Assembly (NCBI RefSeq): GCF_030144855.1
Contig: NW_026781301.1
Span: forward strand, 1 to 64,000
Origin: Hypanus sabinus
Lineage: Eukaryota
Length of the DNA: 64,000 nt
Reading direction: 5' to 3'
The stretch's first letter is position 1; every line of letters begins with the position of its first letter. Both the position numbers and the translations under genes were made by a program. Below are positions 20,040 through 34,196 of the stretch, one piece after another. The notes under the pieces are model-generated. The model made no database searches. It saw only the letters and a program-made list of their open reading frames with translations, and was not told where the DNA came from.

Positions 20040-22900
20040 TAATGACTCCGGAAATTAAAGGTTATTGATTAAGGATCCGGGCCAGTACACGATGGAGATA
20101 AGAAGAATTAGGGCGGTAGGGGATAGCTCATTGAAATCTATCGAATGTGAAAAGAACCAAGATAGAGTGGATGTGTAGGAGTCTGGGAACAAAGGGCAGA
20201 AGATCAGAACAGACTGATCCATTTAGAACGGGGATGAGGTGGAATTTTAACAGCCAGCAAGGGGATAATATTAAGAATTCCCTGACGCTTACGGCTGAGA
20301 AAGCCTCGTCATTGGGTAAATTCAATGTGGTGTTTCAGACGGAAGTTGAGAAGACAGAAGGCTAGAATTGAAAAGACGCTTCATGGAAAGTGTAGAAGGC
20401 TCGATGGTCGCGAATGATCTAATTATGCTGTTTTGTCTCAGCTTCCTCTGCTCTCAGTTCAACGATGCGTCTTATTATAAAGCCAAACAACATAGAAGAC
20501 GAATGAGACAGTTTCGCCCATTGAGTATACTCCACCGCTTCAGAAAGACTGACACAATTTTCCACTAATCTCTCAGGTTCTGAATTCTCCGCCTTTCCCT
20601 TCATGGTCGAACCAATCAGGAACCGATCAACGGCTACCTTGAATATACACAATGGCCTCGACAGCTGCCTGTGGCATAGATTTCAAAGTTTGACCAGTTG
20701 TTGTTTGAATAAGTCTCTCCACATCGCGGATTTTAAATGGACGCCGCCTGTATTGTGAGATGTGACCTCTGGTCTTGGTCTCTGGCACCGGAGGAAACAA
20801 ACTGCTGCACCCACTCTATCACGGCCTTTCACAATTAGATAGGTTTCAATGAGGAAAATTTCACACTGTCCGGAGAAGGTAAGTCCCTGTTGGAAGGGAG
20901 GATGGGGTTGGAAAGACAAGATGTGAAACAATTTGATAAATTTACTCAAGGAAAATTAGGAGAAGTATGGAACAGCGGACGTTCCGCTGGAGAACAATCA
21001 GGAGGAAACTAGGAAATCCGGGAGAGTAAATGAAAAGTCATTCGAAATCATGAATAAGGTGAATCACAATGCAATCCATACATAAATCAATAGGAAGAGA
21101 GGGTGTGGCCATTCACCGATAGAGGGAGAACAACAGGGAATATTGCTGCGGCCTTGTTCGGTATCCTGACGTCCCCTCCAGTCACAGGCGAGTTCCCTGA
21201 AGACAGATAGGTTTTATGTCTTTATATAACCATATAACAATTAGAGCACGGAAGAAGGTAATCTCGGCCGTTCTCGTCCATGCCTTATAAAAAGGGAAAA
21301 GCTGTAAGTCCAAAAACCTGTCGATAAGTGAGATACATTTCAGTTAAATGGCATTAGGAGTCAAAATCCGTATACACAGGATTTACGAGAGTTTGAAACC
21401 TAGCCAGATTTGACAGAGCTAGCATTGTTTTGTTCCAGGCAGATCTTGTCTTACAACTTGACTGAGTATGTGAACAAGTTTACGAAAGGGATTAATGAGG
21501 GTAGGGCAGTGGATGTTGTCCTCATGAGTTCAGTCAGGCGTTTGACAAACTCCCTCAAGGGACGCTGATCCAGAATGTTTAAGAGGCAGGGGATCCGCGG
21601 CGAATTGGCTGTTTCGATACGGAACATATTCGCTCATTGAAGACAGCGTGAGTTGACTGAAGGGACTCATCCCAGACAGAGATCTGTAATTAGTGATGCT
21701 CCGCCGTGATCTGTGCTGGATGCCTGCGGCTTGTGATGTATATAAATGACCTGGATGAAAGTCCATTTGCCTTTTCCAGCGATACCACGGGGGTCGATGG
21801 AGTTGTGGTCAGTGTAGAAGAATGACAGAGAATATCGCTTGGCACAGATGTGTTGCAGATATTAACAGCGACAGGATAGATGGAAATTAACCCAGATTAA
21901 TCTGAGATAGAGCAGTCTGGTGTCAAGTATTTGCAAGGAAACAGTGCCCTGCTCGGGCAAGCTCCTGAACCGTATTGCTGAGCAGAGCGATGTTGGGATC
22001 CAAGTTCATAGCTCCTTGAAAGTGGCTACGCAGGTCTACAAGGTGACTGAGAAGGTTTCTTGGATTCTTGCTTTACTAAGTCGTAGCAAGAATTTCAAAG
22101 TCAAGACATTATGTTGCAATTTCTGAAAACACTCGTCAGGCCAGAACTGGATATTTGCACACAGTTCTGATCGCCCACCATTGGAATGACACTAAGGCTA
22201 TGGAGAGGATGCAGAAGAGCTTCGTCGGAATGCAGCCTGGTTTAGAGGACATGTGCTATGACGAGAGGATGGACAAATGGGTCGTTTCTTCTGAAGCGCT
22301 GGAGGCTGAGGGGAGATTTAGAGGAGGTTTATAAGATTATGAGAGGCATAGATGGAGTAAATAGGCGGTACCTGCAGGACAGTGTTCAGATATCTAATAG
22401 CAGAGGGCATGCATCGAAGGTGAGAGGAAGTAGTTTCAAGGGGGATGTGAGGGATAGCTGTACTGAGTCCATTCCTCATGGGTGCAGATCAATGTCGGGG
22501 TCTGTGAGGTTGGGTGAATCTCTCGCCCCTGGTACAAAAGGCGAATTTTTGAGGTGTACTAACTGTTTTGATCGCGAGGTGTGAGTGCTAACACCCCTGT
22601 AGCTTCTTTCAGGTGGCAGCGGCGTGAAGAGAGCAGAGCCTGGGTGTTTGGACTCTCGGATGATGGATGTTGCTTTCCTGCTAATTGACCTGTTTCAGAT
22701 GAGATGTGTGATGACGAGAGGCTGGACAAACGTGTTGTTTTCTCTGAAGCGCCGGAGGCTGAGGGGAGATTTAGCGGAGGATTATGAGAGATACAGATAG
22801 AGTAAATAGGGAGCATCTGTACACCAGTGTTGAAATATCTAAAAGCAGAGGGCATGCATTGAAGTTGAGAGGAAGTAGTTTCAAGCGGGAAGTGAGGGAC
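20040..22900. mobile_element. Mosaic of CR1 ORF2 and 3' fragments in both orientations
   Basis: For example LKRWRLRGDLEEVYKIMRGIDGVNR at 22258-22584, and RT-like VTSDAPQGSVL-type sequence near 21680. Confidence 0.75.
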
Positions 22901-23219
22901 AGTTTATTTTTCTCTAAGAGCCCTGGGTGACCGGAATGCGCTGCCTGGTCAATACATTAGATACTTTTTTGAGACCTCTGCGTAGTGGTATGACCGTAAA
23001 GAAGGTGGAGAGATGTGGATATTGCGGAGGGAGGGCAGATGAGGTCTTGGGTATTTTCAATTTCGTTTATAGATGTTTCTTCTCCTGCACTGTTCTGTGT
23101 TCCGAGTAATTGAGCAATTAGTCCCTCAGCTGAGATTTAAAAAATACAAATAATATAAAATACAAATAGGCAATGACTGTCGAGAACATCAGATCAGGAG
23201 CCCTTGAAAATTAGTCCAT

Positions 23220-23500
23220 ACCTCACGGGTGAGCATCAACGTTGTGACTACTGAGGGTGAGTGAAATTCTCGATTCTGGTACAAAGGGCACATTTTAGAA
23301 GTGTCTTAACTGTTTTAATCGCGGGCATGTGAGTTCTAACGCCCCTGCAGCTCCGTCCAGATGGCAACAGCGTGAAGAGAGGATGGCCTTGGTGGTGGGG
23401 ATACCGGATGATGGATTTTGCTTTCCTACTACTGCGTTCCTTGCAGATGTAGTCAATAATGAGGAGGGTTTTACCCGTGATAGACCGGACCACATTCAGT
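23220..23500 (-). mobile_element. Rex1/L2-like LINE 3' fragment, partly duplicated at about 22500-22690
   Basis: RKAKSIIRYPHHQGHPLFTLLPSGR motif. Confidence 0.7.
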
Positions 23501-24299
23501 TTAGTTATATAAACATAAAATCTTAACAGACGGTTTAGGAAGCTATAGACTGGTTGTATTTATATGACCGCAGTACGGTTTCCGATTCCGATCCAGCAGC
23601 TTTAAATAACTCCCCTCATCTCCTTCCTTGCACTGAACCCTGCAAGCGCGAAAGCCCGTTCTAATTAAACAGCCAAGTGGGCTCCAGTTAGAGCTGATCA
23701 TGTACTGTCCCGTCTCTCCTGGGCTCTCGGTCAACGTGAAAGCAAACGGATGTCGCTCCCAAACTATCTGGAACAAACGGGTCTCGCACCGGATTGTATC
23801 CTGCGTTCGTTAGTAACGGTTTCTCTTGATCTTGCCTAACCAAAATAAAAAACAAACTTGTTGTCCCACCAAGAAAAGCTGCTCCTAATTCTAACATCCT
23901 AATTTGATCGCACACATTCCTTATCTTCAACTGTAATCCAAACCGTTTGCTTGCAGAACAGCCTGCTCTGAACGAAATGCTAAATGAAATACATAAAACG
24001 TAACAGTAAAATATATAAAACAGGTCATGAAAGTACTTTGAAAACCATTGTGCATTGGATTATGAACTTAGCACCGAATCACACGCAAAATGCTGGGAGA
24101 ACACAGCAGGTCAGACAGCATCTCTGGAAGTGAATAAGCGCTCGAGGTTTCGGGCCGACGGCATTTCATGAGGAGCTGACAGCAGCAATGCAATTTTCCT
24201 CTCGACATGAGTTTCAATCAGTTCCCTGGTCATCTAAGCAACGTAATTCTGAGACTAAGCAAGAATTGACAATAAATGTTCCTAACTCTCACCGTTTTA

Positions 24300-25110
24300 A
24301 GACCACAGAAACATATGACTATAATAGGTAGGAATATAATTAGGCCTTGACTCTGTTTAATCACTGCTGATCTTTTACTTGCCTTCCTCACCGCTGCTCC
24401 CCGGTCTTCTTATCCAGTCCACGACCAATACATCTCTACCTTAAAGAAACCCAAGAACATGGCCTCCACAGCCCAATGTGGTAACAGATTCCCCAAATTC
24501 ACAACACTCTGTTTCTTTGTTTCAAATTACCTGCTCTCTATTCTGAGGCTCTGTCATTTTGTCTCGGGTACCTCAACCAAGGGAAACGTTCTTTCCACAA
24601 CCATTCTGCCTCGGCCTTCCAACATTCGAAAGGTTGAAACGTGATCTCACCCCATCCTTCTGAAATTCCAGCCAGTACAGACCCAGAGCACTCCAACAGT
24701 ACTAACATGCTAACTCTCCCATTCCTGGAATCAGATCTGTGAACCTCCCCTGGGTCCACTCCAATGCCGACATGTCCTGGGTCCTCTCCAATGCCGACAT
24801 GTCCTGGGTCAACTCCAATGCCGACATGCCCTGGGTCCACTCCAATGCCGACATGTCCTGTGTCCACTCCAATGCCGACATGTTCTGGGTCCACTCCAAT
24901 GCCGACATGTCCTGGGTCCACTCCAATGCCGACATGTACTGGGTCCACTCCAATGCCGACATGTCCTGGGTCCACTCCAATGCCGACATGTCTTTGTCAG
25001 ATGAGGTTCCGAAATCTGTTCACAATCCTCGCGCCGAGACTTCAGCGCTGAGTTGTAAATCTGCAGCATCCCATCACTGTACCTGTTTTATAGACCTCTT
25101 GAAATAAGAC
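24300..25110 (-). mobile_element. CR1 3' fragment containing a minisatellite expansion
   Basis: CR1-like sequence flanks the repeat on both sides. Confidence 0.65.
24749..24991. repeat. Minisatellite, 9 x 27 bp (CCTGGGTCCACTCCAATGCCGACATGT)
   Basis: Nine consecutive units counted, most with 0-1 mismatch, no spacers. Confidence 0.97.
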
Positions 25111-25229
25111 TAGTCAAGTGAAATCACTTTTTATGAATGATAAATAAATGATAACATTAATGTTTCCTTCCTTACATCAGCACCGCATCCGGGAGTTCCT
25201 AATGGCCTTCCAATTCCTCCGATACGACG

Positions 25230-27800
25230 TGTATTCTTGGACAGTCAGAACCGAAATGCAACCAAACTTCATCAAAGATTCAGTGAAGGCCGCAACATCC
25301 GACAATCTGACAGTCTGTAGCGATGAGGTAGAGGTGCCTGTGTTAATTGCGAAAATGGGGTATGTGCGTGAGGCCGGTTTTCTGAGCTTGTTGTCAGATG
25401 TGGGAGTTCCCGGAGCCTCACAGTCTCACGGATGGCTATAGCAGGACCTGGTGTGTCGAGTGCAGCTCGATGACCTTCGTATGGTCAGGGAGAGCGAGGA
25501 TGTGACAGAAAGCAAATATAGGCGGGTGGTCACACTGGGGCTACGGGAGACATACCAGTGAGTCACAGTCAGGAGAGGGAAGGTGAACAGTCAGGTATTA
25601 CGCTACCTTTTGACAAGAGTTACTCCAGTTTGAGTACTGTTGGGGGTACAGCTTATCTGCGGGAACCAACAGCGGCCGTGCCTCCGGCACAGGGCCCGAC
25701 CCTGTGGCTCAGAAGGGTAGGGAAAGGAAGGGGGTAGTACTGATAGGAGGTGATACTGATAGGGAGACAGACAGGCGATTATGTGGACGCAGGAAGGAAA
25801 CTCGGATCGTACATTGTCTCGCAGGGGCCAGGGTCCGGGATGTGTGAGATCGTGTACTGGATATCCTGCAGTGGGAGGGAGAACCACCAGAGGTCGTGGC
25901 ACATTTTGATACCAATGACATTGGTAGGAATAGGGAAGAGGTCCTGAAAAAAAGACTGCAGGAAGGCAGTTGAGAAGCAGGATCGCAAAGGTAGCAATCT
26001 TGCGATTACATACTGTTCCACACGACCGTGGCTATATGAACGGAATGAGGTGGAGGATAAACACATGGCTGAGAGATTTGAGCATGGGGCGAGGATTCAG
26101 ATTTCTGGATCACTGGGACCACTTTTGAGGCAGGTGTGAGCTATACAAAACAGATGCGTTGTACTTGAATCCCAGCAGAATGAATATCTTGGCGGGGAGG
26201 TTTGATGAGGCTTCTGGGGAGAGTTTCAACTAGAATTGTTGGAGGTGGGGGTCGGAACCGAACGGAACAGTCTTCAGAAGAAGGGTTTGGCTCACAAATA
26301 GAGAAAGCTGGTAGACTGTGCGTGAGGGAGGACAGAGAGGTGATGGTGAAGGGACGCGCTCACACCGACGGATTGAGAAGTGTCTATTTTAAAGCAAGTA
26401 GTATTGTGAACAAAGCGGATGAGCTTAGAGCGTGGATCAGTACTTGGAGCCTTGATAAGGTGGCGATGAGAGAGACTTGGATGGCTCAGAAACATGGAGG
26501 GAGGCAACAGAGCAGGGGCGTTGTACTGTCGATCAGAGAGAATGTGCAGAAAAGTTGGACGTCGTGGTCAAATTGTCTACGGATTCTTTGTCGTTGGAGC
26601 TTAGGAGCAGTAGGGGTCAATAAACTTGCTGTACGTTTGTATAGGCCGCCGAATAGCAACAGGGATATCGAGGTGCAGGTAGGGAAAGAGATCCTAGAAA
26701 GCTGTAATAATAGCAGAGGTGCCGCGATTGGAGAATTTAATTTCCCTAATATCAGTTGACATCTCCCCAGAGCAAGGGTTAAATTTTGTGGAGTTTGTTA
26801 CGTGTGCTCATGAACGTTTCTTGACAAAACATGTATATTAATCTACAATAGAAGAGACAATACTTGATCTGGTATTGGGTAATGAACTTGGTAGTGTATC
26901 AGATCTCTCAGTGGCAGAGCATATTGGAGATAGTGATCATAATTGTATCTCCTTTGCAATAAAATTGGAGAGGGTTAGGAAAAGACAAGTTAAAAATGTT
27001 GTTAATTGGAGTAGGAGGAGTTGTCAGGCTATCCGGGAGAAAATTGGAAGCTTAAATTGGTAACAGATGTTCTCAGGGAAATGTATGGATGAAATGTGGC
27101 AAATGTTCAGGGTAAATTTGTGTTGAGTTCTACACAGGTAAATTCCAATGAGATAGGGAAGTTATGGTAGGGTACAGGGGTCGTTGTGTACAAAGGCTGT
27201 AATAAATTTGGTGAAGAAGAAATGAAAGGCTGACAAAAAATTCAGAGAGTGAGGTAAGTTTAGAGATTCTGAAGAATATAAAGCTAACAGGAAGGAGCTT
27301 AAGACGGAAATCAGTAGAGCCAGAAGCAGCCATGAGAAGGTCTTGGCGGCCACAATTATGGAAAACACAAGGCACTCTACAGGGATGTGAAGAGCAAGAC
27401 TAGAAGACGAGAAAGAATAAGGACCTATCAGGTTTTACAGTGGGAACGTGTATATGGAAGCGGATGAAATAACAATGGTACCTAATTGAGTTTTTTATTT
27501 TAGCATTCGGAATGGAAAAGGATGAGAATAGGCCTTTTATCCCTTAAGCGACGTAGGAGGAGTGTTGAGAGAGAGCTGTATAAGATGATGAGATGCATTA
27601 ACAATTTGGATCGTCAGTGGCCTTATCCCAGCGGTGAAATTCCGATCAGGAGAGGGCACTTCTTTAAGCTGCTGGAGGGAGGTGCAGAGAGGATGCCAGT
27701 TTACGTTCTGCACGCAGACAATGTTGAGTGCGTGGAATGGGCTGCCGGTGACAGCTGTGAATGTGGATTTCTGTGTCGACAGCTTTTGAAGGTCGCTTGT
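25230..27800 (+). mobile_element. Long decayed CR1 copy (ORF1, endonuclease, RT and 3' fragments)
   Basis: LRSVYFKASSIVNKADELRAWI (APE N-terminus) and LYRPPNS...IGEFNFPNI motifs. Confidence 0.85.
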
Positions 27801-27829
27801 ACTTGAACGTCGACCACAAAAATAGGAAG

Positions 27830-30800
27830 TGCATACCATGTACCCTGTGCTCTCTGTGGCAACGACTTGTCCTTCAGAGTACCTTTGAAACTACTGCATG
27901 GAAATTGCCCCGCACTTCGTACCTGTCTGCAAATAAATGTTTTTTTTTTTGGTGTCATCTGGAAGATTATTAAGCTGTCTATTTGCGAACATCCGAGTCA
28001 GTCATATACATCAGAAACCCCGGAAGGAAACTGACGGACATCATCTATGGACCGTTCTTTATGCTTTGTGATGATAATGCGATTCCTGGGTGACAACATA
28101 AAATCTCTGCATCAGAATATGCTACTTGCTGACTGTATACAAATCTACAGTTGTACTGTTTGCAGATGAGTGAATCAAACAGCATATTTTCTGACTTACC
28201 TGTCCACCGACAAGTGTTCCGACTGGTATATACCCCCTGGGTTCATTTTTTTAGTGGACTGTCACTTGAAAACGCCGAGGGATCTGTTATATCCCATCAT
28301 AAGACTGTAGATCTTGCCAACTAAGCTTGAATATATTCGGGAATTTTAAGCTGTTACACACGTACATAGGCATAATACTGCAGATCCTTTGTTTACCTGT
28401 TGTACGTTACTATTCTACGTAGCTACTATTAAAATAGAGATAGTCAACAGCAAAACCAGACTCCAGGTGTATTCTATTGCTGGTGAAACCTTTACGGTGT
28501 TGCGCGCACGTGAGGGGTACATTCCCAAGGGTTGCGTATATGTAACACGACCAAGCTGAACACTTTTCTAATAACACAGCCTAAAACATGTTTTGTTATC
28601 TCCGCTTTTTCTATATTCACTTCAGAACGTCAAGAGAATGAGACTGACTATAAAATTTGCTGTGTTGCTGTGGCCAGAGTGGTGGAGTTATCTGATGGAC
28701 TATGAAAGTTTACTGTTTTTTTCTGCGGCTTGTTTTGAATATACAAGGACACAGAGGCAGACAGACAGAGTCAAGACGGATTCGGTCAATGGAAGACACA
28801 AGTGAGGAGAAGAGGAGAAGGTTTTAAGCTGAAGAAACCTAGTGACTAAGAGATCTTTGGTGGAACTCTGTTTCCGTGTAGCCTGTGAAGGTCAGTTTGT
28901 TTCCACTCGGATACGAAAGCTCGTTTGCCAGAGAGTTAATCCGCAGGAGTGGCTTCCTTGCTGAGGCGAAATCCTTTGTAAATTCCACATGTGTCTTTTA
29001 CCCTTTGTCTGGAAATGGTTCTTCACTGAAGAAAGGCAGCCCTGTGGCAAATCACAGTTGGAGTTATTCCCTGTGTCGTTGAACTGGATAAGTGGCTGTC
29101 ACGTTGTGTGTGATTGCGTAACCTTGCCGAATCTACCGGTGTGTCGACCCTTGCTGGGTGGAAGATGCGCCCCCCCCACCTCCCCCCGTAATAAGCTAGA
29201 GTTAGTGATGTTTCGTGTGAGGATTCTAAGTCAAGGGGAATATCGACGACACCTGTTTGTTTGGATTACAAATTTCTTTCTTTCTCTTCAAATTCTGTGC
29301 ATTTCAATTGAACTGAAATTTCTTGCATACCAATATAAGACGGTAACTCCTGCCACCTGAGCCTGAATAAGTTCGGAAAATTTATTTTTTACACAACTAT
29401 ATATACACATAACACTACTATACCCTGATTTACATGGTTTAAGTTACTATATTATGTATTTACTAATACAATAGTGATTGTTAAGAGCAAACCAGTCTCC
29501 AGGTGAGTTCTATTGCTGTTGAAACATTTGCAGTGTTGCATGCACGTAAGGATTACTTTCCCCAGGCTTACAAGTACGCAACCGAACCAAACTGAATATT
29601 CTTCCATTACCACAACTTTTGTTCTCTCCATTTTCTCTGTATTCCTAAAAGTATTTCCCATTCTCGTATTTCTCTATCGTTCGAGACAGAACTACAGTAT
29701 TAGTAGTAGCAATTTGCCCTTTCTCCGGCCACGTTTTCCATTGGTCTTTTACCAAGCTCACTCAACAACGACAACTCCATCACGTCTGTGTCGTCTGCAA
29801 GAATATTTATGAGTTACACCCATTTTCATCCAAGTCAAACGCAAGAACATTTCCAGCCCTTGTCACATGCAGAATGACTGCCGTGCACCACCGGACTCTG
29901 TACTCTTTTTTGAAACCATGCTCTCCAATGCAACTCGATCTCATGTCACAAGCCACCGGAAGGAGTTCTTCTCAAAAGTCTGACTTCCAGTCCAACCCCA
30001 ACGGTCGGGCCTTGGCTGGTGCCTTGCCTCACAATCCGAGAGACCCTAGTAATAGGACAATTTACAATGACCAAATAACCTACCAATACACAGGTGAATG
30101 GTCTGTGGGAGGAATCAGGAGTATGCCGAGGACACACAGGTGGCCATGCCTTACAGGCAGCGGCGGGAAATGCGTAGACAGACGGATAATCAACTGGAGA
30201 AGGCGAAAGGCCAAGCTACGAGGAGATCAATGAATAAATAGTCACGATTTTCTCTTTCCTCTCCGATCACATTCCACATGCCCCCAATGTACTCAATCCA
30301 ATTCGGCAGATATTTCCCCCGCTACAGAAAGTGTCCAAGACTTTCTTGAATTTCCAGGAAGCTTTGCAATGGAGATTGCGGCTCGGGACGGACGATTGGC
30401 TGAGTCGTTTTCGGAGTGCGATTTATTAAGTTATTCTCTAGTTGACAGACAGATCTCTAAAGAAATCCGCTGCAAGCGGAGGCTTGCAGTCTGCTCACGG
30501 TAACCAGCTTTGCTGAGCGGCTCAAAGCCAGGAGCTCTTAGGACCAATAGCCCTCACCAGAGGAAAGAGATGCAGCTACATCGGGCGAACATGAGCAGGC
30601 AATCGGACTGCGCGGTATACGGGCAGGGCTGAAGGGTTATGCAAAGGCTTCGCAGACAAAGAGGGTAAGATTCACCCACCTGGTGGGACTGAGGGAGACA
30701 ATACAGGGAACCCGTGAAGATAGTAATCTGGAAGGAGCAGAGTGGAGGCAGACTGGGACAATCCCTGATCCTGTTGGTGCATGGAGGGGTGGAGGGCGGG

Positions 30801-30880
30801 AGCTATTCAGGAACGTCCACAGACCCCATGGAACTCCACATGCCACTGACGAAGTGGGATATTTTAGCACGTCCCTGAGG
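27830..30880. repeat. Segmental duplication (GPCR 3' flank), paralogous to 48470-52120 and partly to 12850-13950 and 56880-57420
   Basis: Long colinear matches, for example 28885-29340 versus 48912-49380 and 30420-30880 versus 51640-52120. Confidence 0.85.
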
Positions 30881-31797
30881 ATTAATGCTCTCCTGACAAC
30901 GCCGACCGAGCTTTGTCATTAGACGGAAGGGAGTTTTCAAAGTCTCCTTGAACTGCTGCCTAAATCTGGTCTGGACCAAGGCGTAAAGAGCCGTGTTTGT
31001 GCAACAGCTCAGCAGTTGAAACATGTAGCTCAGTTCCAGCAGAACATTCGGGGGATCAGATTTAAAATAAATATACAGGCTATACCATACGGAATACACC
31101 GTCAGCAGCGCCCACAGGACGATGAAATTCCCCGACATCACCAGCAGTAACAGGAGGGATTGCCTGCGGTTCTTCATCTCCGAGTCGGCGCGAGTCTCGC
31201 CATCGCGCGAACCACGGAGTCTCCTCCGGGCTCGGCTGGCCACTAAGACGTGTCTGATGGTTAAGCTGTTGAGCAGGAGAATCAGAACAAAGGGTAATAT
31301 TGGGGTAAGTAGGAAATGAATCATGTGAAATGTTACCCGCTGAAGTGTGGAAAAGAAACTGCGACTCCCCACACAGAGCAAGAACATAATTAATATCGAA
31401 TATTTCCCACCAAGCATAAAATACCAGAAAATGTTCTTTACGCAGCTCAGCACAGTCACTGTCCCCAGAACCTGAGCCGCCGCTCTCCCGGTGCAGTAAT
31501 TTAGTTTCAGCTGCGGAAAACAAATGGCCACACATCGATCAAAGGTGAAAGCGACGGTGAACCAGACAGAACAATCCGTGGCGGCGTAGAGAATGACGGC
31601 GTGAATATTACACACGGGAACACGAACCGACCAAAAGAAAACTTCCCATGGCATGTAAGTCATCAGAATCTTGTTCAACAACAGATCGAAAAGAATGACA
31701 AGTTGATCCGCTGCAACCATGGCAACCAGGTACCTTGTGACGCCTTTGGAGAGACCGCACTTTCCCCGCGACAGAATGACGATTGTCACCACGTTCA
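30803..31797 (-). CDS. GPR139/GPR142-like class A GPCR copy 2, exon 2 (intact)
   Basis: 995-nt open exon from the CAG| acceptor to TAG. Hydrophobic helices, FDRC (DRY-like), LSCCTNTALY (NPxxY-like), Cys at the top of TM3 and in ECL2. With exon 1 it gives 389 aa. Confidence 0.93.
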
Positions 31798-31929
31798 CTG
31801 TGTGGAGGGGAATCAAGAACATTAAGGCACATTCGGAATGACATATTTTCTGAAAACAACTATTTGAATCGATAGCATTTCCAAGAACAGAGATCGACAT
31901 CGAATTGATGTACCTACTAAGAAGATAAT

Positions 31930-33350
31930 CGGATCCATTACTAAATGTGTAGTGACTATAATGTACCTGAGAAGTTCAGTAGAATGAGGGGAATCTCATT
32001 GAAACCTATCGAATATTGAAAGGCAGAAATATCGTAGACGTGGAGAGGATAGTTACTGTAGTGGTTGAGTCTGAAACTAGAAGATGAGGATTTACAAGAC
32101 ATCACTTTAGTATAGAGGTGGATAGAAATTTGTTTAGACCGTGGCTGGTGAATATGTTGAATTCCTCTCCACAGGCGGCAATGGGATTCAGTTCTTTGGA
32201 ACCATTTGCAGCACAGAGTGATATGCACTTGATTCGTCCGGCCGTCAACTGATGTGAATAACAGGCGCCGAAATGCGTTTGAGAGGGATAATAAATCAGC
32301 TATGATGGAATGGTCGAGAATCCTCTGTGCTCGAATGACGGAATTAAACTCCCGAGTCCTGTGGACCAAGCAGTGATATTGACGGATAGCTGGAATGTCC
32401 GCTAAACATTGCAGTCAGGAGAAGCAGCTACAAACGGGATATGATAATGAACTGATTACTAAATAAGTGCCAAGTATCCCGGCGCCAGATATTCAACTTC
32501 CTTCAACAGTAAACACGAGAGAACATTAGAGCAGAAGAGCTGAAGAAATATTAGCTGGAATAGTCCATCTGTTCGGACTGGCATGCTCCGCCATTGAAGA
32601 TGATCATGGTTGAGCTGACCATGGGCATATCTGCAACAGTCTGCTTTTCCCCCTAAAGCCCGTAATACCCCTACTACTACGCCACAATCTATCCAAACTT
32701 TTCTGAAATATATTTACTGAGGTAGCATTAACTTCTTCATTGGGCAGAGAATTCTACAGATTGAACACTGTCTGTGAAAAGCGGTTCCTCCACACCTCCG
32801 TCCTAAATTCACTCTCAACAAGCTTCAGCCTATGTCCCCTGGTTCTAGTCTCACATCCCAGTGGAAACAACTTTCCGGTCGCTGTCTTATCTATCCCTTT
32901 CGTACTTCTTTATATGTTGTTGAATGATCGTCTCTGATCCTTTTGAATTCCAGTGCGTGCAGTCGCACCCGACACAATAGTCTCACCACCTCATGTCTGG
33001 AATCAAAATGGGTAACGAGATAAGGCCAGTAAATCTCTCCTTAAGGCAGCTTGCAAGAGCAGCACGCAGTCCTCCGGCTGCCGCCTCACCAGAACCTCGT
33101 GCATTTGCAGGATTACATCCCTGCTCGTAAATTCACCCCTGTAGCAATGAAGGTCAATATCCCATTTGCCTTCTTCTTAGCCTGCTGCTGCTGCAAACCA
33201 ACCTTTTGTGATTGAAGAACATACACTCTAATGTGCCTCCACAGAGCAGCATACTGCAATCGTTTACCACTTAATAATATTCCTTTCTTCCATTTGTCCT
33301 TCCCAAGTAGATGACCTCGCCTTTATCAACATTGTGTACCGTCCGCATAG
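31930..33350. mobile_element. CR1 fragments in the GPCR copy 2 intron
   Basis: CR1 3' sequence on both strands. Confidence 0.7.
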
Positions 33351-33553
33351 ACGCTAATACTTTAGCTTAAACAATCGAGATCCGTCTGTAGGCTTCGAGA
33401 ATCTACTGTACTATTTGTGTAGGTGGTAGGTCATGGCAGTCATGATGCCTGCTTGTCCTCATTCTCTTTAGCATGTGGCGCTTTAGGGATTTATTTATTC
33501 ATTAATTCATTCATTTATTCATTCATTCATTCATTCATTCGTTCGTTCATTCA

Positions 33554-34196
33554 TACTTCCTCAGAAGGCTGGCGTCATTCAATGTTTGTAGTGAGATGCT
33601 GAAGATGTTCTATCGGTCAGTTGTGGAGAGCGCCCTCTTCTTTCTGGTGGCGTACTGGGGAGGCAGCATTAAGCAGAGGGACGCCTCACGTCTTAATAAG
33701 CTGGTAAGGAATGCGGGCTCTGTCGTTGGCACAGAACTGGAGAGCATGAAATCGGTGGCAGAGCGGAGGGCGCTGAGTTGGCTACGGACAATCATGGAAA
33801 ACCCTGAACATCCTCTGCACAGCACCATCCAGAGACGGAGAAGCAGCTTCAGCGGCAGGTTGCTGTCAATGCAATGCTCCTCAGACAGGATGAAGAGATC
33901 ATTACTCCCCAGCGCCATTCGGCTCTACAATTCAACCACCAGGGGCAAGACATGTTAAAGTGCCGGGGTTAGGACTGAGCTTAAGTTACCACTCAATGCA
34001 CTTTAGTAACTATTTAAGAACTTTAAAAAAAAACTATTTATTACTGCTTTTTGGGAGGCTGATTTTAGATGCATATCATATTTATACTGAGTTAAGTACT
34101 GTATGTAATTAGTTTTGTTACAATAAGTGTATGGGACACTGGAAAATGTGGAATTTCCCCTTGGGGATGAATAAAGTATCTGTCTATCTGTCTATC
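33554..34196 (+). mobile_element. 5'-truncated Rex1/L2-like LINE inserted in a (TTCA)n microsatellite
   Basis: Open ORF2 C-terminus MLKMFYRSVVESAL...HPLH...LLPSAIRLYNS, then AATAAA and a (TATCTGTC)n tail. TTCA repeats on both sides. Confidence 0.85.

Noticed and set aside
24538-25107. Repetitive ORFs (DPGHVGIGV, MSALEWTQD and others) or a CRISPR-like array
   Set aside because: Translation artefacts of a 27-bp minisatellite; there are no unique spacers and the context is eukaryotic.
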